DNA from: a virus | Taxonomy: Duplodnaviria; Heunggongvirae; Uroviricota; Caudoviricetes | Reading direction: 5' to 3' (one strand) | Virus record (IMG/VR): IMGVR_UViG_2526164619_000004 | Location: 1 to 23,848 of that record | DNA length: 23,848 bases | Shown: one piece after another, positions 7,365 to 15,480 of the stretch | How positions within the stretch are numbered: the first letter of the stretch is position 1 | Layout of the letters: each line of letters begins with the position of its first letter | The notes under the pieces: model-generated | The model's database searches: none | Seen by the model: the letters and a program-made list of their open reading frames with translations, nothing else | What the model was told of the DNA's origin: nothing | Program-made: the position numbers and the translations under genes

Positions 7365-8953
7365 AACGAACGCCTGTCCTGATTGATGTGAACGGCGTTC
7401 CGCTTCGTGAGAGTCTCAGCTACAACGGGGGCGGCGCAGGATTTGGCGGGCAAATGGCGGAGTGGTTGCCACCGGCGCAGAGTGCCGATGCAGCCCTGCT
7501 GCCTGCGTTGCGTCTGGGGAATGCCCGGGCAGATGATCTGGTGCGCAATAACGGGATAGCGGCCAATGCGGTGGCCCTGCATAAGGATCATATTGTCGGG
7601 CATATGTTTCTGATCAGCTACCGTCCGAACTGGCGCTGGCTGGGGATGCGGGAGACTGCGGCAAAAAGTTTTGTCGATGAGGTGGAGGCGGCCTGGTCGG
7701 AATACGCCGAAGGGATGTTTGGCGAGATCGACGTGGAAGAGAAACGCACGTTTACGGAATTTATTCGTGAAGGTGTGGGCGTTCATGCGTTTAACGGCGA
7801 AATCTTTGTGCAGCCGGTCTGGGATACGGAGAGCACGCAACTGTTTCGTACGCGTTTTAAAGCCGTGAGTCCGAAACGGGTGGACACGCCAGGACACGGT
7901 ATGGGGAACCGTTTTCTGCGGGCCGGTGTGGAGGTCGATCGATATGGTCGTGCCGTTGCGTACCATATCTGTGAGGATGATTTTCCGTTCTCTGGGAGTG
8001 GACGATGGGAACGGATCCCGCGTGAACTTCCCACCGGGCGTCCGGCCATGCTGCATATTTTCGAGCCGGTGGAGGACGGGCAGACCCGTGGGGCCAATCA
8101 GTTTTACAGCGTAATGGAACGGCTGAAGATGCTCGATTCCCTGCAGGCAACACAGCTTCAGTCGGCCATAGTGAAGGCGATGTATGCAGCGACGATTGAA
8201 AGTGACCTTGATACCGAAAAGGCCTTTGAATATATCGCCGGTGCGCCGCAGGGGCAGAAGGATAATCCGCTTATTAATATTCTGGATAAGTTCTCCACCT
8301 GGTATGACACGAATAGCGTGACGCTGGGCGGTGTCAAAATTCCGCACCTTTTCCCCGGTGATGATCTGAAACTTCAGACCGCGCAGGATTCAGACAATGG
8401 ATTTTCGGCGCTTGAACAGGCGCTGCTGCGGTATATCGCCGCCGGTCTTGGCGTTTCCTACGAACAGTTGTCCCGTGATTACTCGAAGGTCAGTTATTCA
8501 AGTGCCCGCGCATCCGCCAATGAGTCGTGGCGCTATTTTATGGGGCGGCTAAAATTTATTGCGTCCCGGCTGGCCACGCAGATGTTTTCCTGCTGGCTGG
8601 AAGAGGCACTTCTTCGGGGGATTATTCGTCCGCCACGGGCACGTTTTGATTTTTATCAGGCGCGATCAGCCTGGTCACGGGCTGAGTGGATTGGAGCCGG
8701 AAGAATGGCCATTGACGGGCTCAAGGAGGTTCAGGAATCAGTGATGCGCATTGAGGCCGGACTGAGCACGTATGAGAAAGAGCTGGCGCTGATGGGCGAG
8801 GATTATCAGGACATTTTCCGTCAGCAGGTCAGGGAATCTGCAGAGCGGGAAAAAGCCGGACTCTCACGTCCGGTGTGGATAGCGCAGGCGTATCAGCAGC
8901 AGATAGCGGAGAGTCGCAGGCCGGAAGAGGAGACAACACCACGTGAGACGTAA
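7361..8953 (+). CDS. B: Portal protein (lambda B homologue)
   Basis: 530-aa ORF at the B position and size, start overlapping the W stop; intact. Confidence 0.9.
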   Translation: MKRTPVLIDVNGVPLRESLSYNGGGAGFGGQMAEWLPPAQSADAALLPALRLGNARADDLVRNNGIAANAVALHKDHIVGHMFLISYRPNWRWLGMRETAAKSFVDEVEAAWSEYAEGMFGEIDVEEKRTFTEFIREGVGVHAFNGEIFVQPVWDTESTQLFRTRFKAVSPKRVDTPGHGMGNRFLRAGVEVDRYGRAVAYHICEDDFPFSGSGRWERIPRELPTGRPAMLHIFEPVEDGQTRGANQFYSVMERLKMLDSLQATQLQSAIVKAMYAATIESDLDTEKAFEYIAGAPQGQKDNPLINILDKFSTWYDTNSVTLGGVKIPHLFPGDDLKLQTAQDSDNGFSALEQALLRYIAAGLGVSYEQLSRDYSKVSYSSARASANESWRYFMGRLKFIASRLATQMFSCWLEEALLRGIIRPPRARFDFYQARSAWSRAEWIGAGRMAIDGLKEVQESVMRIEAGLSTYEKELALMGEDYQDIFRQQVRESAEREKAGLSRPVWIAQAYQQQIAESRRPEEETTPRET

Positions 8954-10448
8954 TCTTTCACACATTATTGCCGCAGCATTCAATGAACCGCTGCTTCTGG
9001 AGCCCGCCTATGCGCGGGTTTTCTTTTGCGCGCTCGGGCGCGAGATGGGCGCAGCAAGTCTTTCGGTACCACAACAGCAGGTACAGCTTGATGCTCCCGG
9101 AATGCTGGCTGAAACGGACGAGTACATGGCCGGAGGTAAACGACCGGCCCGTGTTTACCGGGTGGTGAACGGTATTGCGGTACTGCCGGTGACCGGCACG
9201 CTGGTGCACCGGCTGGGGGGGATGCGGCCATTTTCCGGAATGACTGGCTATGACGGCATTGTCGCCTGTCTTCAGCAGGCAATGGCAGATAGCCAGGTGC
9301 GGGGCATACTGCTGGACATTGACAGTCCGGGCGGGCAGGCCGCCGGCGCGTTTGACTGCGCTGACATGATTTACCGCCTCCGTCAGCAGAAGCCGGTCTG
9401 GGCACTGTGCAATGACACGGCCTGTTCTGCAGCCATGCTGCTGGCGTCGGCCTGCTCCCGACGGCTGGTTACCCAGACATCCCGTATCGGCTCCATTGGC
9501 GTGATGATGAGCCATGTCAGCTATGCCGGTCATCTGGCGCAGGCCGGTGTGGATATCACGCTGATTTATGCCGGGGCGCACAAGGTGGATGGCAATCAGT
9601 TTGAAGCGTTGCCGGCAGAGGTTCGCCAGGACATGCAGCAGCGGATTGATGCGGCGCACCGGATGTTTGCCGAAAAAGTGGCGATGTATACCGGGTTGTC
9701 TGTGGATGCGGTCACGGGAACAGAGGCCGCCGTTTTTGAAGGTCAGTCCGGCATTGAGGCCGGGCTGGCGGATGAATTAATCAATGCGTCGGATGCCATC
9801 AGTGTGATGGCCACGGCGCTGAACAGTAATGTCAGAGGAGGCACTATGCCGCAATTAACTGCAACGGAAGCCGCCGTGCAGGAGAACCAGCGAGTGATGG
9901 GGATCCTGACATGCCAGGAAGCGAAAGGACGTGAACAGCTTGCCACGATGCTGGCAGGGCAACAGGGCATGAGCGTTGAACAGGCCCGGGCGATTCTGGC
10001 CGCGGCGGCACCGCAGCAGCCGGTGGCATCCGCGCAGAGTGAAGCCGATCGCATTATGGCGTGTGAAGAAGCGAACGGTCGTGAACAACTGGCAGCAACG
10101 CTGGCGGCGATGCCTGAGATGACGGTGGAAAAAGCCCGCCCGATCCTGGCTGCTTCACCGCAGGCGAATGCCGGACCATCACTCCGTGATCAGATCATGG
10201 CACTGGATGAGGCAAAAGGGGCTGAGGCGCAGGCTGAACAGCTGGCTGCCTGCCCGGGAATGACTGTGGAGAGCGCCCGGGCTGTGCTGGCTGCGGGATC
10301 AGGTAAGGCAGAACCGGTCTCTGCATCCACAACCGCCCTGTTTGAACATTTCATGGCGAACCATTCACCGGCTGCGGACCAGGGGGGCGTGTCACAGGCG
10401 GCAGAAGACGGTGATGCGGACGTGAAAATGCTCATGGCCATGCCATGA
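8943..10448 (+). CDS. C: Head maturation protease / scaffold (lambda C homologue, S49 peptidase-like), 501 aa
   Basis: GTG start overlapping the B stop. ...HIIAAAFNEPLLLEPAYARVFFCAL... and ...GIAVLPVTGTLVHR...SGMTGYDGI...LLDIDSPGGQAAGAFDCADMI... parallel lambda gpC (recalled). Longer than lambda C because of a triplicated C-terminal module. Confidence 0.85.
   Translation: MRRNLSHIIAAAFNEPLLLEPAYARVFFCALGREMGAASLSVPQQQVQLDAPGMLAETDEYMAGGKRPARVYRVVNGIAVLPVTGTLVHRLGGMRPFSGMTGYDGIVACLQQAMADSQVRGILLDIDSPGGQAAGAFDCADMIYRLRQQKPVWALCNDTACSAAMLLASACSRRLVTQTSRIGSIGVMMSHVSYAGHLAQAGVDITLIYAGAHKVDGNQFEALPAEVRQDMQQRIDAAHRMFAEKVAMYTGLSVDAVTGTEAAVFEGQSGIEAGLADELINASDAISVMATALNSNVRGGTMPQLTATEAAVQENQRVMGILTCQEAKGREQLATMLAGQQGMSVEQARAILAAAAPQQPVASAQSEADRIMACEEANGREQLAATLAAMPEMTVEKARPILAASPQANAGPSLRDQIMALDEAKGAEAQAEQLAACPGMTVESARAVLAAGSGKAEPVSASTTALFEHFMANHSPAADQGGVSQAAEDGDADVKMLMAMP
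9846..10448 (+). CDS. Nu3: Candidate scaffolding protein from an in-frame internal start (lambda Nu3 analogue)
   Basis: Strong SD AGAGGAGG at 9834-9841 followed by ATG at 9846, in frame within C, mirroring the lambda C/Nu3 nested arrangement. Inferred from sequence only. Confidence 0.4.
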   Translation: MPQLTATEAAVQENQRVMGILTCQEAKGREQLATMLAGQQGMSVEQARAILAAAAPQQPVASAQSEADRIMACEEANGREQLAATLAAMPEMTVEKARPILAASPQANAGPSLRDQIMALDEAKGAEAQAEQLAACPGMTVESARAVLAAGSGKAEPVSASTTALFEHFMANHSPAADQGGVSQAAEDGDADVKMLMAMP

Positions 10449-10484
10449 AGTCAGTGCTGAACATCAATACGAGGTTTTAACAAT

Positions 10485-10832
10485 ATGGTGACGAAAACCA
10501 TCACTGAACAGCGTGCGGAAGTACGTATTTTTGCCGGTAATGATCCGGCTCACACCGCCACAGGCAGCAGCGGGATTTCCTCGGCAACACCGGCACTGAC
10601 ACCCCTGATGCTGGATGGGGCCACCGGGAAACTGGTGGTCTGGGACGGACAGAAAGCCGGTAGTGCGGTTGGCATACTGGTACTGCCGCTTGAAGGCACA
10701 GAGGCGGTGCTGACGTATTACAAGTCGGGGACCTTTGCAACGGAGGCAATCCGCTGGCCTGACAGTGTGGATGAACACAAAAAGGCAAATGCCTTTGCCG
10801 GCACAGCCCTGAGTCACGCGGCGCTGCCGTAA
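10485..10832 (+). CDS. D: Head decoration protein (lambda D homologue)
   Basis: 115-aa ORF; ...DPAHTATGSSGIS...TPLMLD...KLVVWDG...AVGILV...YYKSGTF...KANAFAGTA parallels lambda gpD (recalled). Confidence 0.85.
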   Translation: MVTKTITEQRAEVRIFAGNDPAHTATGSSGISSATPALTPLMLDGATGKLVVWDGQKAGSAVGILVLPLEGTEAVLTYYKSGTFATEAIRWPDSVDEHKKANAFAGTALSHAALP

Positions 10833-10889
10833 CACGTTATCAGGCCACCGCGTTGGCCTGACTGATTTCTTAATGAAAGGAACTGATTT

Positions 10890-11919
10890 ATGGGATTGTT
10901 TACGACCCGCCAGTTGCTCGGTTATACCGAACAAAAAGTTAAATTCCGTGCGCTGTTTCTGGAGCTGTTTTTCCGCCGTACGGTGAATTTCCACACCGAA
11001 GAGGTGATGCTGGACAAAATTACCGGAAAAACGCCGGTGGCGGCCTATGTCTCCCCGATCGTTGAAGGAAAAGTGCTTCGCCATCGCGGTGGTGAAACCC
11101 GCGTGTTACGTCCGGGCTACGTCAAGCCCAAACACGAATTTAATTACCAGCAGGCGGTTGAGCGCCTTCCTGGTGAAGATCCGGCTCAGCTGAACGACCC
11201 GGCCTACCCTCGTCTGCGTATCATTACCGATAACCTCAAACAGGAAGAGCACGCCATTGTCCAGGTGGAAGAAATGCAGGCGGTGAATGCCGTGCTGTAT
11301 GGCAAATACACCATGGAAGGGGATCAGTTTGATACTGTCGAGGTGGATTTCGGGCGCTCTGAAGGAAATAACATTGAGCAGGCTGACGGTAAAAAATGGT
11401 CTGAGCAGGACCGTGATACGTTTGATCCGACGCATGATATTGACCTCTACTGCGATCAGGCCAGCGGCCTTGTGAATATCGCCATTATGGACGGTACGGT
11501 CTGGCGTCTGCTGAATGGCTTCTAAGCTGTTCCGCGAAAAACTGGATACCCGTCGCGGCTCAAATTCACAACTCGAAACGGCAGTGAAAGACCTGGGGGC
11601 GGTGGTGTCCTTCAAGGGGTATTACTGCGATCTGGCCATTGTGGTGGCGAAAACGTCTTATGTGGCAGAGGACGGTACCGAAAAACGTTATCTGCCGGAG
11701 GGCACACTGGTCCTGGGGAATACGGCAGCAGAGGGCATTCGTTGCTATGGTGCCATTCAGGATGCGCAGGCGTTGTCCGAAGGTGTGGTGGCCTCTTCCC
11801 GTTATCCGAAACACTGGCTGACTGTGGGCGATCCGGCCCGTGAATTCACCATGACGCAGTCCGCACCGCTGATGGTGCTGCCGGATCCGGATGAGTTTGT
11901 GGTGGTACAGGTGAAATAA
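10890..11919 (+). pseudogene. E: Major capsid protein (lambda E homologue) with a +1 frameshift about 11520
   Basis: AAGGA RBS and ATG at 10890. The first 211 aa are lambda-E-like (...YVSPIVEGKVLRHRGG...PGYVKPKHE...VEEMQAV...KYTMEGDQFD...) and end at TAA 11523-11525. Homology continues in the next frame from 11524 (KLFREKLDTRRGSNSQLETAVKDLG... to ...DPDEFVVVQVK). Confidence 0.85.
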
Positions 11920-11927
11920 TCCGTGAG

Positions 11928-11956
11928 CGGGGGCGAAATGCCCCCGTGTCTTTTTT
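11928..11956 (+). terminator. Candidate intrinsic terminator or attenuator downstream of E
   Basis: CGGGGGC-GAAAT-GCCCCCG hairpin followed by TGTCTTTTTT. Confidence 0.45.
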
Positions 11957-11970
11957 CACAGGAGGCTGAG

Positions 11971-12354
11971 ATGGCAACAAAAGAAGAAAATCTGAATCGT
12001 CTTCGTCAACTGGCTAGCCTGCTGGGGCGCGAGGCGGATATGTCGGGGAGTGCTGCGGATATTGCTCAACGTGTGTCTGAGTGGGAAGAGGAGCTTGCTG
12101 TTTCCCCGGAGGGCATTATGCACTCTGATGAGAGCGGGGCTGATCAAAATCACACAGACGATGGTGAGCAGTTGAACAACACGGATGCTACGGATGATGT
12201 TAAAGCGGTCCGTGTGCGGAAATGCCTGCATGTGATGGGGTATTGCCCGGAGACAGGCCGTCCCGTTGAACTGACGTACCGGGGCATGCGTGTTATGGTG
12301 CCATCACCACTGGCGACAGCCATGATACAGCACGGAACGGCTGAGCATGTGTGA
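11971..12354 (+). CDS. FI: DNA packaging / head assembly protein at the lambda FI position
   Basis: AGGAGG RBS and ATG at 11971. Acidic 127-aa product in the FI slot between E and FII. Assignment is positional; my recall of lambda FI is too weak to claim sequence similarity. The track ORF from 11923 is an unsupported extension. Confidence 0.55.
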   Translation: MATKEENLNRLRQLASLLGREADMSGSAADIAQRVSEWEEELAVSPEGIMHSDESGADQNHTDDGEQLNNTDATDDVKAVRVRKCLHVMGYCPETGRPVELTYRGMRVMVPSPLATAMIQHGTAEHV

Positions 12355-12700
12355 TTTTCAGAATGCCTTTGATGCTGCCCTTGCCGGGGTGGACAGCACG
12401 ATTGTTGAAGTGATGGGGCTCTGTGCGCAGTTCACCTCGGGAGCACAGCGTGGAAGCGAAGTTCAGGGGGTTTTTGACGATCCGGAGTCGCTGGGTTTTG
12501 CCGGTGGCGGGGTCCGTATTGAAGGAAGCAGCCCGTCATTATTTGTGCGGACGGATACGGTGCGTGCCGTGCGGCGTGGTGACACGCTGACCATTAACGG
12601 CGAGATGTTCTGGGTGGATCGTATTTCTCCGGATGACGGGGGAAGCTGTTATCTCTGGCTCAACCGTGGGCAACCACCCGCTGTTAACCGGCGACGATAA
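12347..12700 (+). CDS. FII: Head-tail connector protein (lambda FII homologue)
   Basis: 117-aa ORF; MCDFQNAFDAA...GVFDDPES...GGGVRIEGSSPSLFVRTD...RRGDTLTI...FWVDRISPDDGGSCYLWLNRGQPPAVNRRR parallels lambda gpFII (recalled). Confidence 0.85.
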   Translation: MCDFQNAFDAALAGVDSTIVEVMGLCAQFTSGAQRGSEVQGVFDDPESLGFAGGGVRIEGSSPSLFVRTDTVRAVRRGDTLTINGEMFWVDRISPDDGGSCYLWLNRGQPPAVNRRR

Positions 12701-12715
12701 ACGCAGGGTGAAATT

Positions 12716-13291
12716 ATGGCGATAAAAGGGCTTGATCAGGCGATTGATAATCTGAGCCGGGTTCGTAAAAACGCCATTCCGGCGGCTTCAGCAATGACGA
12801 TTAACCGCGTGGCCACAACGGCGATTAATCAGTCTTCGTCACAGGTTGCCCAGGAAACCAGGGTGAGACGGAAACTGGTAAAGGAACGGTCCAGACTGAA
12901 ACGGGCGACAGTCAGAAATCCGAATGCCAGAATTATCGTTAACCGCGGTGATCTCCCTGTGATTAAGCTGGGGATCAGAATGCTGGGACGTCGTCCGAAC
13001 AGCATACTCAAAGCCGGTCAGCATCGTTATCAGTGGGCATTTATCCAGCGATTAAATAATGGGCGCTGGCATGTTATGCAACGTCTTCCCCAGGCCAGAT
13101 ATGAGGAGGGCAATGACGACAAGGGAAGGAAAAAGCGTAATCGCCTTCCCATTCAGGTGGTGAAAATCCCGATGGCGGCCCCACTGAAACAGGCATTTGA
13201 TGAGAATGTTGACCGTATCCGGCGTGAACGCCTGCCTAAAGAACTGGCATACGCGCTGAAACAACAACTGAGGATTGCGATAAAACGATGA
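12716..13291 (+). CDS. Z: Tail completion protein (lambda Z homologue)
   Basis: 191-aa ORF; MAIKGLDQAIDNLSR...RRKLVKERSRLKRATV...RGDLPVIKLG...NGRWHVMQR...VKIPMAAPL...RRERLPKEL parallels lambda gpZ (recalled). Confidence 0.85.
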   Translation: MAIKGLDQAIDNLSRVRKNAIPAASAMTINRVATTAINQSSSQVAQETRVRRKLVKERSRLKRATVRNPNARIIVNRGDLPVIKLGIRMLGRRPNSILKAGQHRYQWAFIQRLNNGRWHVMQRLPQARYEEGNDDKGRKKRNRLPIQVVKIPMAAPLKQAFDENVDRIRRERLPKELAYALKQQLRIAIKR

Positions 13292-13683
13292 AACACACTG
13301 ACATTCGTGCCGCAGTGCTGGATGCACTCGAGCAGCATGAACACGGGGCGACGCTGTTTGATGGTCGCCCCGTTGTTTTTGACGAAGAGAATTTTCCTGC
13401 GATCGCGGTTTATCTGACGGATGCAGAGTATACCGGTGAAGAGCTGGATGCAGATACCTGGCGGGCCACGCTGCATATTGAGGTGTTTTTACCGGCACAG
13501 GTACTGGATTCAGAGCTTGATCAGTGGATGGAAAGCCGGATTTACCCGGCGATGACTGCGATCCCGGCACTGGCAGGACTGATTACCACGATGGTTACGC
13601 AGGGCTATGAGTATCGTCGTGATGACGATATGGCGTTATGGAGTTCTGCAGATCTGACTTATTCCATTACATACGAGATGTGA
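13288..13683 (+). CDS. U: Tail terminator protein (lambda U homologue)
   Basis: 131-aa ORF; [28 protein letters not shown]...[29 protein letters not shown]...[23 protein letters not shown] is near-identical in pattern to lambda gpU (recalled). Confidence 0.9.
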   Translation: MKHTDIRAAVLDALEQHEHGATLFDGRPVVFDEENFPAIAVYLTDAEYTGEELDADTWRATLHIEVFLPAQVLDSELDQWMESRIYPAMTAIPALAGLITTMVTQGYEYRRDDDMALWSSADLTYSITYEM

Positions 13684-13690
13684 GGACGAT

Positions 13691-14423
13691 ATGGCAACAC
13701 CAAATCCCCTTGAGCCGGTAAAAGGTGTCGGTACCACTCTGTGGGTTTACAACGGCAAGGGTGATGCTTATGCAAACCCGTTGTCAGACGATGACTGGCA
13801 GAGACTGGCTAAGGTGAAGGATCTGACGCCGGGCGAATGATAACTACCTGGATGATGAAGACGCGGACTGGACCGCGACCGGGCAGGGGCAGAAATCTGC
13901 AGGTGATACCAGTTTTACGCTGGCCTGGAAACCGGGAGAGGAAGGCCAGAAAGGGCTTATAGGCTGGTTTGAAAGCGGCGATGTCCGGGCCTATAAAATC
14001 CGTTTTCCGAATGGCACGGTGGATGTGTTTCGTGGCTGGGTCAGCAGTATCGGTAAGGCCGTGACGGCGAAAGAAGTGATCACCCGCACGGTGAAAGTCA
14101 CTAACGTGGGTAAACCTTCTGTAGCGGAAGAACGCAGCAAAATTACGCCGGTCAGTGCGATTAAGGTGACGCCGACATCCGGTACGGTGGCAAAAGGGAA
14201 AACAACCACCCTGACGGTTTCTTTTGAGCCGGAAAGTGCAACCGACAAGACGTTCAGAGCGGTTTCCGCCGATCCGTCGAAAGCCACCATTAGTGTGAAA
14301 GATATGACAATTACGGTAAACGGCGTGGCGACAGGTAAGGTGCAGATCCTTGTGGTGAGCGGAAATGGTCAGTTCGCCGCAGTGGCTGAAGTCACCGTTA
14401 CTGAAGCGGGCGCTGCAGGGTAA
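13691..14423 (+). pseudogene. V: Major tail protein (lambda V homologue) with a frame-changing indel about 13836
   Basis: [49 protein letters not shown] then TGA at 13838-13840. The remainder ([31 protein letters not shown]...[17 protein letters not shown]... to the stop at 14423) is in a different frame. Relative to lambda V a short non-multiple-of-3 segment appears to be missing. Confidence 0.85.
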
Positions 14424-14436
14424 ACGGAGGTAATAC

Positions 14437-14859
14437 ATGTTTCTGAAAACAGAACAATTTGAATATAACGGTGTGTCTGTCACGCTTTCCGAATTGTCTG
14501 CGCTGCAGCGGTTTGATTATATAAAGTTTGTTTCAGACGCAGAACAACAGGAGACAACGAAGCATGATGTCGTGCACATTAACCAGCGATATCTGGAAAC
14601 GGCATCCCTGCTTGTGGCGATGTCGCTATGGCATACCCATTCCCTCAAAGGCACTCTGGCCTCTCCGGAGACAGAGATGCAGCAGATCCGCCGTGAAGTG
14701 ATGCTGGGATGGCCTGCTGATGCACTGAATCAGGCAACGAACCGGGTGCTTTATCTTTCAGGTATGCTGGATAACCGGCACGATGCCGATCCTGAACAAA
14801 CCGGGAAAGCAGAAGCGACTGAGCCGGTAACATCAAAAAAGCATTCGAAGGCGAGCTGA
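14437..14859 (+). CDS. G: Tail assembly chaperone (lambda G homologue)
   Basis: 140-aa ORF; MFLKTEQFEYNGVSVTLSELSALQR...LVAMSLWH...PEQT...EPV parallels lambda gpG (recalled). Confidence 0.85.
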   Translation: MFLKTEQFEYNGVSVTLSELSALQRFDYIKFVSDAEQQETTKHDVVHINQRYLETASLLVAMSLWHTHSLKGTLASPETEMQQIRREVMLGWPADALNQATNRVLYLSGMLDNRHDADPEQTGKAEATEPVTSKKHSKAS

Positions 14860-15146
14860 ACTTTGTCCTGAAACTGGCGCGAGAGATGGGGAGACCCGAC
14901 TGGCGCGCCATGCTTGCCGGGATGACATCCACCGAATATGCCGACTGGCGACGTTTTTACTGCACGCATTATTTTCAGGATACCCAACTGGACGCTCATT
15001 TTTCCGGGCTGATGTACGCCGTACTCAGCCTGTTTTTTGGCGATCCGGATATGCATCCGGCGGATTTCAGTCTGCTTGCTCCAGCGTGTGAGGAAGAGCA
15101 GACGGAGATGCCGGACGAGGGTAAGCTTCCGGGGAACTCATATTGA
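14437..15146 (+). CDS. T: G-T fusion tail assembly chaperone made by programmed -1 ribosomal frameshift; the T part is probably truncated at its 3' end
   Basis: Slippery heptamer A AAA AAG at 14835-14841 in the G zero frame. The -1 frame stays open to TGA at 15144-15146 (KKAFEGELNFVLKLAREMGRPDWRAMLAGMTSTEYADWRRFYC...). The last roughly 8 codons overlap the predicted IS66 copy-2 terminal repeat. Confidence 0.65.
14835..14841 (+). promoter_or_regulatory. Programmed -1 frameshift slippery site for G-T
   Basis: AAAAAAG with X XXY YYZ phasing relative to the G frame; its position near the 3' end of G matches the lambda G/T arrangement. Confidence 0.6.
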
Positions 15147-15480
15147 CGCGTTTTTCAGGCGCGCGTCATCGGCGGCGCATACGAACGCTCGTGGTTTGAT
15201 AACGGTTGATTTATTTTGTTGCACAGAGACGATCGCCAGGCAGGTACCGGAGGCGGGCTCTGAAGTACTGAGTAGCGTGATCGCGTCAGGCCGCGAAGTA
15301 CTGACTCGGATTAATTGCAGGTGATGATGTACTGACCCGGGAATGACTCCGGGCTGATTCAGGTTCTTATTCGCTGTCAGCCCGCGTGGTTGCTGGTCTG
15401 GCTCATTTCCTGCCGTCAGGAGTTCAACTCCCGACTGCAGGTTATGGCCCGGTGCACGAACACCTGACGGCAGGTATCAC

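Noticed and set aside
7190-8347. 385-aa minus-strand ORF antisense to portal gene B, and similar long antisense ORFs at 5883-6398, 8958-9659, 10464-11084, 13052-13570, 13809-14483, 21487-22224, 22160-22831 and 23019-23675
   Set aside because: Each lies antisense to a gene with clear lambda-like coding signal on the plus strand. Their products are low-complexity, Arg/Pro/Cys-rich, with no recognisable motifs and no RBS-supported start. They are typical open antisense frames in GC-rich coding DNA.
10841-10860. Hairpin CAGGCCA-CCGCGT-TGGCCTG between D and E as a terminator
   Set aside because: It is not followed by a clean T-run and sits in a tightly coupled operon. It may be an mRNA stability element, but the evidence is too thin to annotate.
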